The notes: generated from the sequence alone by a model not told the origin. Counted from the first letter of the stretch, positions 9,474 to 17,278 are shown. The stretch: 64,000 nt of DNA from Acidobacteriota bacterium (GCA_026393755.1 JAPKZO010000040.1:39311-103310), one strand, 5' to 3'. A program made the numbers and translations.

Positions 9474-10106
9474 CTACCCCACCAGCGCGCGAGCGCGATC
9501 GACGGCGCTGGCGGCGTCGAACGCGTACGCGTCGGCGCCAATCTCCCGCGCGAAGTCGGCCGACACGGGCGCCCCGCCCACCATGATCTTCACAGACGAT
9601 CGCAGGCCGCGCGACGTGACGAGATCGACGACGTCCTTCATCACGGGCATGGTGGTGGTCAGCAGCGCGGACATGCCGATGATGGACGCACCGTTGGCGA
9701 CGGCGGCATCCACGAATGCCGGCGCGTGGACGTCGGCGCCGAGGTCAACCACCTCGAAGCCGGCTCCCTTCAGCATGATGCCGACCAGGTTCTTGCCGAT
9801 GTCGTGCAGATCGCCGTGCACCGATCCGATGACCACGGTCCCTCTGGTCGGAATGTTCGCCTTGAGCAGCAGCGGCTTTACCAGATCCATGCCGGCGTAC
9901 ATGGCCTTGGCGGCCAGCAGCACGTCGGGCAGGAAGATATCCCTCACGCGGAACTTCTCGCCGACCACGTTCATGCCGCCAATCAGTCCGCGGTCCAGGA
10001 TACGGGCGGGCGGCACGCCCGCATCAATGGCCTCGCGGGTCAGGTCGCGCACGCGCTCGTCGTTGCCCAGTTCGAGATGTTCAGCAATCTGCGCCAGAAT
10101 GTCCAT
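9474..10106 (-). CDS. corrinoid (cobalamin-binding) protein with B12-binding cap and Rossmann domains
   Basis: Start set at ATG 10106 (MDILAQIAEHL), preceded by GGAGAG 7 nt upstream. DxHxxG motif GDLHDIGKN, SALLTTT, MVGGAPV. Confidence 0.9.
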   Translation of the reverse strand: MDILAQIAEHLELGNDERVRDLTREAIDAGVPPARILDRGLIGGMNVVGEKFRVRDIFLPDVLLAAKAMYAGMDLVKPLLLKANIPTRGTVVIGSVHGDLHDIGKNLVGIMLKGAGFEVVDLGADVHAPAFVDAAVANGASIIGMSALLTTTMPVMKDVVDLVTSRGLRSSVKIMVGGAPVSADFAREIGADAYAFDAASAVDRARALVG

Positions 10107-10122
10107 CTGATCTCTCCACTCA

Positions 10123-10815
10123 TCATCGCACCGATCGCATGCGCGGCAGGCATTGCCGCGTGGTGCAGTTCGCACAAAACGAGAACTCGGGGCGGAACCG
10201 GTGAATCGGCGCGGCGCCCGCCACCAGCACGCCCGATACCGACTTGAGCGGCTGCATCAGGCAGCTCTCGTTGAGGCTGATCCCAATCTCGCCCGGCCCC
10301 AGCCGCTCAAACAGCTTGCGCTGTGCGCTGATGTGCCAGCCGCAGTAGCCGGGGCTGTATCCCAGCACGGCGGTTCCCCCGTCCGACACGCGCTCGCGGT
10401 ATCTGGCCGCCAGCCGATCGGCCAACAGATCGGAGGAGACCGACGCGACGGCATCGAGCACATAGCCGCGCGCCATGTCGTCGGCGGCAAACAACTCGGT
10501 GATCCGCGCGCTCACCCGCGCTCCCAGGGTGGCCACAAACAGCGCCAGCGAATCCGCCCGCGGGTAGATCCGCTCGAGCGGCGTCTCGTGACTGTTGCGG
10601 CCTTCGCCCGCATACACCAGGGCGAACGCCTCGGCAGTCACATCATCGACGAGGCCCGTGGGTTCGGCCAGCCGCTCGAACTCCGCGACGGCCGCCTCGA
10701 TCAGCGCATCGGTGCGCGTCGAGACGGGTGCCGGCGATCCCATCCCCATCCGATCGAGGACGTCGCCGCGCGGCGGCATCGCCTCGCCGATCGAGAATAC
10801 GACACGCTCTCTCAC
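10123..10815 (-). CDS. methionine-synthase activation (AdoMet-binding reactivation) domain-like protein
   Basis: 230 aa with a GTG start overlapping the mttB-family stop (GTGA). GYSPGYCGWHISAQ resembles the RPAPGYPACPEH segment of the MetH activation domain. ISLNESCLMQPLKSVSGV also resembles that family. Confidence 0.75.
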   Translation of the reverse strand: MRERVVFSIGEAMPPRGDVLDRMGMGSPAPVSTRTDALIEAAVAEFERLAEPTGLVDDVTAEAFALVYAGEGRNSHETPLERIYPRADSLALFVATLGARVSARITELFAADDMARGYVLDAVASVSSDLLADRLAARYRERVSDGGTAVLGYSPGYCGWHISAQRKLFERLGPGEIGISLNESCLMQPLKSVSGVLVAGAAPIHRFRPEFSFCANCTTRQCLPRMRSVR

Positions 10816-12272
10816 CGTTCGCGCGCCGGCAAGGCCGTCATGCCAAAGCGCCTGGCCTCGCGCTCCATCACCGCGGTCAGATCGCGCCGCGCCTGCTCCG
10901 ATACGCGCGACGGCGTGTAGCCGGCCAGCAGACGCGACACCTCCCGCACGGCCCGATCGCGCAGGGTCAGTCCCCCGTCTTCGAGCCAGCGCGCCTGGTT
11001 CGCCCGGTCAATCACCGGGCCAGGAAACGCGATCTGCTCGCGCAAGTGCCGGCGCGTGTGCTTCGCAATCAGCAGATGCTTCTCGCGCAGCAGTTCCTGG
11101 AACAGCGGCAGCGACGGGAAGTCCTCCCTCGGCTCGATGCCTCTCAGCAGCCGCGCGGTCATGCCGCAGATCTCGTTGTCGACCACGAGCTTCTCGAGGC
11201 TCTGGCAGCTCTCGAAATCGAGCATCCCCGGACCCGAGATGTTGTTGATCCCGGACAGCGCGGCCAGCACCGCGCCAATCCCGGTTTCGAGCCCCGCCTG
11301 CGCATCGAGTTGCTTGGCGTCACTCAGCGAGATGTAGCCCTGTGTGGGCAGGCCCAGCGACTTTCCAATCTCGCTGTTGGCGCAGTCGATCATCATCGTC
11401 TCGATCGCGCCCATCGGCGTGGTCTCGTACCGCACGTCGAAGATGGCCGGCGACCCGCCATAGAGGACCGGATGTCCGGGACTGGTCAGCTGGCTGATCA
11501 CGATCCCGCTCAACGTCTCGGCGGTCTGCTGGATGAGGCTGCCGACCAGTGTCACCGGCGCCATGAACCCGGAGAGCGGCATCGAAATGAACTCCACCGG
11601 GATCGACCACCGGGCGCAGTCGACCAGGTTCTGGCTCGTCACGTCGCTCCACTTGATGGGTGCGGTCGGGCAGCAGGAGAACACGGCCAGCGGCTTGTCC
11701 TTGAGCGCCTGCGCGCTGCCCCGAACGGCCAGCAGCAGGTCCTTCATCACCTCGAACGCCTCGATGGTGAAGGCGCCCGTGACCACGGGCTTTTCGCCGT
11801 AGAGCAGGCTGAGATAGAGACGGTAGCTGTCTGAGATCCGCTCGTGCACATCGCCGGGAATCAGGGCGGTGCTCTGTGACGCAATGTTCGGCAGGCCGCT
11901 GACCACCTTGGCGTACTTCACATAGTCGTCCGTGGTCGGCTTGCGGCTGGTGACGCCGTCCTGGTCGAGAACCTTGATGGCCGCTGATCCGGGCGTGAAA
12001 TAGACGTTGCTGCCGGCGAAATCGTGCGTCTGATTGCCGACGGCGTCATACAGCTTGAACGAGTGCGCCACGGTGCTGAGCGCACGATCGAGAATGTCAG
12101 GCGTGAGGCGCGCGTGCCACGCCTCCAGATTCACATCCGCGCCGTGGCCGGCCAGCATTTCCAGGATAGGCTTGTTGTGGATTTCGACGCCCAGCTTGCA
12201 GAGGATGTCGCGCGCCTCGCCAACGATGCGCTGGATCAACGTGTCGTCCAACAATCTCAAACTCGGTCTCAT
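10812..12272 (-). CDS. MttB-superfamily (trimethylamine methyltransferase family, non-pyrrolysine) methyltransferase
   Basis: Start set at ATG 12272 because AAGGAG lies 5 nt upstream (the ORF-track start 12347 would overlap the upstream gene's 3' end and its stop-abutting hairpin). Full-length similarity by eye to MttB/MtgB-type proteins (ISGPGMLD, VVDNEICG, YETTPMGA). No in-frame TAG. Confidence 0.9.
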   Translation of the reverse strand: MRPSLRLLDDTLIQRIVGEARDILCKLGVEIHNKPILEMLAGHGADVNLEAWHARLTPDILDRALSTVAHSFKLYDAVGNQTHDFAGSNVYFTPGSAAIKVLDQDGVTSRKPTTDDYVKYAKVVSGLPNIASQSTALIPGDVHERISDSYRLYLSLLYGEKPVVTGAFTIEAFEVMKDLLLAVRGSAQALKDKPLAVFSCCPTAPIKWSDVTSQNLVDCARWSIPVEFISMPLSGFMAPVTLVGSLIQQTAETLSGIVISQLTSPGHPVLYGGSPAIFDVRYETTPMGAIETMMIDCANSEIGKSLGLPTQGYISLSDAKQLDAQAGLETGIGAVLAALSGINNISGPGMLDFESCQSLEKLVVDNEICGMTARLLRGIEPREDFPSLPLFQELLREKHLLIAKHTRRHLREQIAFPGPVIDRANQARWLEDGGLTLRDRAVREVSRLLAGYTPSRVSEQARRDLTAVMEREARRFGMTALPARER

Positions 12273-12287
12273 GAGTCTCCTTTTCGC

Positions 12288-12307
12288 GGGCGCAATGCAT
12301 TGCGCCC
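12288..12307 (-). other. intercistronic perfect 20-nt palindrome
   Basis: GGGCGCAATGCATTGCGCCC lies directly after the TAG of the aminotransferase gene and 15 nt before the mttB-family start. Its outer arms match the hairpin at 3247-3266. Confidence 0.8.
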
Positions 12308-13441
12308 CTACAAACCCCTCTGCTGCGGGAACAGTCCCCTGTGCCACAGGAACGCCTCGACGGCGGCCAGGAATTCCGTCAGGTACTCCTCGCTGGTGGC
12401 TCTGCCGAGATGCCCCACGCGGAAGATCTTGCCAGCCAGGTCTCCAAGCCCCCCCGAGATCGCGATGTGCCGCTCATCGAGCAGCCACCCACTGAATTCC
12501 GACACCGTGAACTCGGGCCGCGCGTGAAACGCCGTGACCATCGGCGCAGAGCACGACTCGGCCACGTACGGCACAAACCCCATCCTGATCATGCCTTCGC
12601 GGACGCGGCGTCCGGCGCGGGCGTACTTCGCGAGGTGCGCCGGCATCCCGACGCGGGCAATCGCCCGCAGGCTGGTGAGGACGGCGAGCAGCGTATTCGA
12701 CGACACGGTGACCGGCGTCGGGTGCCACGCGCCCCACTCCTTCGCGTACTGGCGCCATGTCCTGAGGTTCAGGTACCACCCATGGCCGGCGCCAGGGTGG
12801 TCGTCGACCATCTCCCACGCCCGCGGGCTGACACTGATGAAACCGAGGCCGGCCGGCCCTTCGAGGCACTTGTTCGACGCCGTCACGCACACATCAATGC
12901 CCCACGCATCGACCGGAAGCTCCACGCCGCCGAGCGACGAGACCGCATCGACGACCACAACGCGTCCGGCCGCGCGTGCCGCCGCCGCCAGTTCGCGGAT
13001 CGGGTTCAAGACGGTCGTGGAGGTCTCGTGATGCGTGATGGCCACGACTCTGGCGTCCGGGTGCGCGTCGCACACCAGGCGCAACGCAGCAGGATCGAGC
13101 GGCTGGCCAATCGGCGCCTTCAGCGGCACGACATTCAGCGCATGCGCTTCGGCGATATCGGTCAGCCGGTCGCCAAAGAACCCGTTCTGGCCGACGATGA
13201 TCGACTGGCCGATGGGGAGGAGGCTGCCGATCGCCATGTCGAGCGCGGCCGAGCCTGGCCCCGGCACGATGAACAGATCGGCGCCGGTCCCGAAGATCTG
13301 CTTCAGCAGCGTCTGGGCTTCGCCATACGTTGCCTTCCACACGGGGCCGTAGTGACGCTGGACCGGCTGCCCCATCGCGGCGAGCACCTCGTCGTCCACA
13401 TCGCCCGGCCCCGGAATAAAGAGCTTTACGTGATCCGTCAT
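12308..13441 (-). CDS. class-V pyridoxal-phosphate aminotransferase (alanine-glyoxylate/serine-pyruvate family)
   Basis: 377 aa. LFIPGPGDV N-terminus, TASNKCLEGPAGLG (PLP-lysine context), DAVSSLGG. Confidence 0.85.
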   Translation of the reverse strand: MTDHVKLFIPGPGDVDDEVLAAMGQPVQRHYGPVWKATYGEAQTLLKQIFGTGADLFIVPGPGSAALDMAIGSLLPIGQSIIVGQNGFFGDRLTDIAEAHALNVVPLKAPIGQPLDPAALRLVCDAHPDARVVAITHHETSTTVLNPIRELAAAARAAGRVVVVDAVSSLGGVELPVDAWGIDVCVTASNKCLEGPAGLGFISVSPRAWEMVDDHPGAGHGWYLNLRTWRQYAKEWGAWHPTPVTVSSNTLLAVLTSLRAIARVGMPAHLAKYARAGRRVREGMIRMGFVPYVAESCSAPMVTAFHARPEFTVSEFSGWLLDERHIAISGGLGDLAGKIFRVGHLGRATSEEYLTEFLAAVEAFLWHRGLFPQQRGL

Positions 13442-14934
13442 TGGAGTATCCCGGGGGCCATTTCAGCGGGTCTTGCCACAACGGCGAGGGCGCCGCCCTC
13501 GCCAACGATGTAGAACTCGTCGGCCTTGATTGCCAGGCCCACCGGGCGATCGAGGCCGGGGATCGCATGCGCCGCCACCACGGCGTGCGTGGCGAGGTCG
13601 ATCGTCAGCAGTGTGCTGTATGCCGCACTGATCGCGTACAGGCGGCCGCCATCGACAGTGGCCCCCGTCACGTAGTACTCGTCGAGCGAACGCTTGTCGC
13701 CGCTCAACCGCAATCCGGCCTCCCCGGCCAGCGCCGGCATGAACTCCTCCGACAGGGTCAGATCGCGCCGGTCGAAGCGGGAGATCACCAGGCGCTTGAC
13801 CTTCGCATTTGGCACCGTCACAGTGTAAATCGACCTGGTCGCCGGATCGAAGGCGAGCGACATCGTGTACATCATCCGCGCGCGCACCGTCCCCAGACGG
13901 GACCGCGACACCTCGTCGAACCGGTCGAATGATTCCAGGAAGAACCGGAAGTTCTTGTCCGCGTCCGCCTGGTCGTTCTCGCGCAGCACCACGTAGCTCT
14001 TGTTCTCGCCGACCGCCATTACGATCTTGCGCTCGAGGAACGCGGCTCCTGCGAATCGACCCAGGTCGATAGAGAACCCCGGGTCGACCACTGTGTACCG
14101 CGCGATCCGTCCGAGCGAGCCATCAGTAATGTAGACCCCTGATTGCGTGGTCACGAGGAATCGATTGGTGGCCTGCTCGTACGCCAGATCAGTGACCGAG
14201 CCCCGCAGGGGCAGGGCCAGCGTGCGCTGCTCGCGAATCGGCAGCACAGGGAGGCTGGCAAGCGGACCGGCTGCCGGATCGGCCGGCAGGCCCGCCACGC
14301 CCGGCTTCTCAATTGCCCATCGACCGCGCAGCGACGCGGGTGCGGGCGACCACTCCTCGAGCGACCACACCCAGTGCCTCGGGGCGAAGGAGAAGCGGAT
14401 CGGATCGCTCTGGCCCATGTACGGCGGCGGCCCGGTGCTGGCGAACGCCTGAACGATGTTGCCTGCCACGACCACGAGAAAGACGCTGAAGGCGAGCGAT
14501 TCGAGTGGGCGCAGCGTGCGCGGTTCGGCTGGCGTCTCCCCTTCTCTCAGCAGCATCAGCAGCAGGCCCATGGTGACCGTGCAGACCCAGAAGATAAAGA
14601 GCGCCCAGGTGTAGGTGTGGGCGCCGAGGATTTCCAGGCTGAAGCCCTGTCCCACGTCGCGCGCCGCGTGCATCCCCGTGTGCCGCAGCCCCATGAAGAT
14701 GCCCCACGCGCCGAGCAGCACCGACAGTCCGAGGTACTTCGGCCGCGGTCCGTAGCGGAGTACGAACAGCCCCGTCAGCGCGACCAGCACCATGCCCGTG
14801 CGCTGTTCCCAGCACATCACGCACGGCGAGTCGCCGTACACGAACCCGAACAGGAAGACCGCCGCGCCGATCGGGATGAGCGACAGCACGAGGACGGCCA
14901 GCGCCAGCATCGAGTAGATCGCGTTGCGTCTCAC
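13438..14934 (-). CDS. DsbB-like membrane domain fused to a large periplasmic beta-rich domain
   Basis: GTG start with GGGAGGA 7 nt upstream. N-terminal TM bundle with SPCVMCWEQRTG (DsbB/BdbC-type CxxC). A fifth TM is followed by ~320 aa of Cys-free repetitive beta-strand-like sequence. ATGA overlap with the downstream aminotransferase gene. Confidence 0.8.
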   Translation of the reverse strand: MRRNAIYSMLALAVLVLSLIPIGAAVFLFGFVYGDSPCVMCWEQRTGMVLVALTGLFVLRYGPRPKYLGLSVLLGAWGIFMGLRHTGMHAARDVGQGFSLEILGAHTYTWALFIFWVCTVTMGLLLMLLREGETPAEPRTLRPLESLAFSVFLVVVAGNIVQAFASTGPPPYMGQSDPIRFSFAPRHWVWSLEEWSPAPASLRGRWAIEKPGVAGLPADPAAGPLASLPVLPIREQRTLALPLRGSVTDLAYEQATNRFLVTTQSGVYITDGSLGRIARYTVVDPGFSIDLGRFAGAAFLERKIVMAVGENKSYVVLRENDQADADKNFRFFLESFDRFDEVSRSRLGTVRARMMYTMSLAFDPATRSIYTVTVPNAKVKRLVISRFDRRDLTLSEEFMPALAGEAGLRLSGDKRSLDEYYVTGATVDGGRLYAISAAYSTLLTIDLATHAVVAAHAIPGLDRPVGLAIKADEFYIVGEGGALAVVARPAEMAPGILQ

Positions 14935-14952
14935 GCCGGATCCTCCCGCGTT

Positions 14953-15120
14953 CTAATAATTCACACCGGGCAGCATCCCGGTCCGGGTGGCCATCGAAAA
15001 GAGTCCCACCATCAGCAGCACGCTCAACACGAGGAGCCGGAAGGCGAGGCGCTCCTTCTCGGGCTTCCGGAAAATCAGGCGGGCCGTGATGAAGATGAGG
15101 ACGAAATTCAGAAATTCCAC
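14953..15120 (-). CDS. small hydrophobic protein (55 aa), first gene of the corrinoid operon
   Basis: GTG 15120 is preceded by AGGAGG with a 5-nt spacer. Product MEFLNFVLIFITARLIFRKPEKERLAFRLLVLSVLLMVGLFSM has two TM-like segments. The stop is 18 nt before the next gene. The rest of ORF 14953-15264 is an Arg-rich leader. Confidence 0.5.
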   Translation of the reverse strand: MEFLNFVLIFITARLIFRKPEKERLAFRLLVLSVLLMVGLFSMATRTGMLPGVNY

Positions 15121-15257
15121 GCGATCCTCCTGTGGCCTGGCGTCCCGGGGGGCTCGGGGCTCGCGTCTGGCGGGACGGCCGAGTCTATCAGCGGACGGCC
15201 CCGATCGGCAACGCGACGCGCTTGCCACCCCGCCGGGCGCGTGATACAAACGGCCCC

Positions 15258-15367
15258 TAATCACTCCCGGAGTGATTACAGGCGGGCTAATTACTCCCGG
15301 AGTGATTACGGTTTTGTAATTACTCCCGGAGTGATTGCAGGCGGGCTAATTACTCCGGGAGTGATTA
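15258..15367. repeat. palindromic repeat cluster B (4 copies, ~30-bp period)
   Basis: TAATCACTCCCGGAGTGATTA at 15258-15278. TAATTACTCCCGGAGTGATTA at 15288-15308. 15317-15336. 15347-15367 has the central base inverted. A 59-bp higher-order repeat is present (CAGGCGGGCTAATTACTCC occurs twice). The cluster lies in the divergent intergenic region. Confidence 0.95.
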
Positions 15368-15467
15368 TTCGGCCGACTCGCGTTGGGCGGGGACGCGGAG
15401 GAACCGTCGTCCGGCGGCCCGGAGCGTCTGCAGAAAGCAACAGCGAGGGATTCAGGAGAGAACAGAC

Positions 15468-17228
15468 ATGACACTGAAGAGGAAGTTGCTCGTTGTCGGG
15501 ATGACACTGGCAATGGCCGGCATGGCCGTCGCAGCCGCCGTCTCGGTTCGCGCCGCCGGAGAGTCCATCAACTACGGCGATCTCGCCAAGATCAAGGCCG
15601 AGGGCCTCCAGCGATCGCAGGTGATGGAGCTCTGCAGCTGGCTGTCGGATGTCTACGCGCCGCGCCTGACCGGTTCGCCGATGGCGCAGAAGGGCGCCGA
15701 CTGGACCGTCGCGAAGATGAAGGAGTTCGGCCTCACCAACGTGAAGATCGAGCCGTGGGTCAACCGGAACGGGTTTGAACGGGGATGGACCAACGACAAG
15801 TTCTACCTGGCATTCTCCTCGGCCGACGGGAAGTTCCCCATTCCCGGAACGCCAACCGCCTGGACGCCGGGCACCAAAGGACTGGTGACAGGCGGTGTCG
15901 TACTGGTCAGCGCCCCGAGGGAAGAGGAGTGGCTGGCATTCAAGGGCAAACTGCGTGGCAAGTGGATCCTGACCCAGGATGTGCCGGACGTCGCCGCCTA
16001 CTGGGATCCGATTGCGAAGCGGTATACGACCGAACAATTGCAGACCATGGAATTGCAGGCGGCGCCGGGGCCGGAGTTCGGCGTGACGCCTCCGGGCGGG
16101 GGCCGGGGAGGCCAGGTTGGCGCACCGGCGGCGGCGCAGCGCGGTGCGGCAGCCGCTCCCGCAGGCGCGCCAGCTAATGCCGCGCAGCCGGGGCCGATGC
16201 CTCGCAGCGGTCAGGCTGCAGCCGCAGCCCGCAACGCATTCTTCTTTGCCGAAGGTGCCCTCGGCACGATCTCGACGGCACCGCGCGGCCACGGCATCTA
16301 CACGATCGGCGGCAACCGCGCGGCCGATCCCGCGACCACGCTGCCGGCAATCGCGATCGATGCTGAGCACTACAACCGCATCGCCCGCATGCTGGCCAAG
16401 AATGTTGCGGTGACCATTGAGGCCGACATCACAAACACCTTCTATCCCAATCCGGCGGTCTTCAACATCGTCGGCGAGCTTCCGGGCACTGACAAGGCCG
16501 ACGAAATCGTGATGCTCGGGGGCCACTTCGACACGTGGCATGCGGCCACCGGCGCCACCGACGACAACGTGGGCGTGGCTGCGATGATGGAAGCGATGCG
16601 CATCCTGAAGGCCACCGGCGTCAAGCTGCGCCGCACGGTCCGCATCGGACTGTGGGAAGGCGAAGAGCAGGGCTTGCTCGGGTCGCGCGAGTACGTGTCG
16701 GCGCACTTCGCGAGCCGCGGAGCCGCACCGGCGGTCGCGGGCGCTCCTGCGGCCGGCGCCGCGCCAGCCGGCGGCGGGCGGGGCGGCCCGCTGGGCCCGC
16801 TCGAGTTCAAACCCGAGTACGACAAGTTCTCCGTCTACTTCAACATCGACAACGGCACCGGCGCCTTGCGCGGCGTGTATCTGCAGGGCAACGACGCGGT
16901 GGCGCCCATTTTCCGCGAGTGGATGGAGCCGTTCCGCGGGCTCGGCATGACGACGATCACGATTCGGAACACCGGCGGCACCGATCATCAGTCGTTTGAT
17001 GGCGTAGGGCTGCCAGGGTTCCAGTTCATCCAGGACGAGATCGAGTACAGCGCGATGACGCATCACACCAACCTGGATACGTACGAGCGGCTGCAGCCGA
17101 ACGATGTGACGAGGATGGCGACCATCGCCGCGGGCTTCGCGTATCTGGCAGCGAATCGCGACGAGAAGCTCCCGCGCAAGCCGATGCCGGCTCCGGGCCA
17201 GGGCGGCCGAGGACGGGGAGGACTGTAG
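15468..17228 (+). CDS. M28-family metallopeptidase (aminopeptidase), secreted
   Basis: AGGAGAG RBS and a signal peptide (VVGMTLAMAGMAVAAAVSVRA). Zn-ligand contexts LGGHFDTWHAATGATDDNVGVAAMMEA and GLWEGEEQGLLGS. Contains Ala/Gly/Pro-rich insertions. Confidence 0.9.
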   Translation: MTLKRKLLVVGMTLAMAGMAVAAAVSVRAAGESINYGDLAKIKAEGLQRSQVMELCSWLSDVYAPRLTGSPMAQKGADWTVAKMKEFGLTNVKIEPWVNRNGFERGWTNDKFYLAFSSADGKFPIPGTPTAWTPGTKGLVTGGVVLVSAPREEEWLAFKGKLRGKWILTQDVPDVAAYWDPIAKRYTTEQLQTMELQAAPGPEFGVTPPGGGRGGQVGAPAAAQRGAAAAPAGAPANAAQPGPMPRSGQAAAAARNAFFFAEGALGTISTAPRGHGIYTIGGNRAADPATTLPAIAIDAEHYNRIARMLAKNVAVTIEADITNTFYPNPAVFNIVGELPGTDKADEIVMLGGHFDTWHAATGATDDNVGVAAMMEAMRILKATGVKLRRTVRIGLWEGEEQGLLGSREYVSAHFASRGAAPAVAGAPAAGAAPAGGGRGGPLGPLEFKPEYDKFSVYFNIDNGTGALRGVYLQGNDAVAPIFREWMEPFRGLGMTTITIRNTGGTDHQSFDGVGLPGFQFIQDEIEYSAMTHHTNLDTYERLQPNDVTRMATIAAGFAYLAANRDEKLPRKPMPAPGQGGRGRGGL

Positions 17229-17256
17229 GGGCGGCCCCTTGTGGCCGCTCGCTCTC

Positions 17257-17278
17257 GGGTAACCACGGGGGGTTGCCC
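17257..17278. terminator. hairpin between convergent genes
   Basis: GGGTAACC-acgggg-GGTTGCCC (8 bp with one G-U pair). It shares the GGGGGTTGCCCCT arm with the hairpin at 3186-3210. Confidence 0.4.

Noticed and set aside
10812-12347. Pyrrolysine (in-frame TAG) in the MttB-family gene, and the longer ORF-track start at 12347
   Set aside because: The reading frame contains no internal TAG, so it is a non-Pyl family member. The start at 12347 would overlap the 3' end of the upstream aminotransferase gene and its stop-abutting hairpin, whereas ATG 12272 has an AAGGAG RBS.
15121-15257. Cobalamin riboswitch upstream of the corrinoid operon (also looked for ahead of cbiM at 54692-54696)
   Set aside because: Only ~140 nt are available and I could not find a B12-box-like core (only GCCACAG resembles GCCACTG). 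Ahead of cbiM there are just 5 nt. A covariance-model scan (Infernal, RF00174) would be decisive.
15258-15367. Possible CRISPR array (four ~21-nt repeats at ~30-bp period)
   Set aside because: The spacers are only 9-10 nt and partly repeated themselves. One repeat is inverted. The same palindrome is scattered at four other loci. No cas genes are present. It is a REP-like element, not CRISPR.
15306-17066. 586-aa ORF on the minus strand
   Set aside because: It is antisense to the M28 peptidase. Its C-terminal ITPGVI repeats are just translations of palindromic repeat cluster B.
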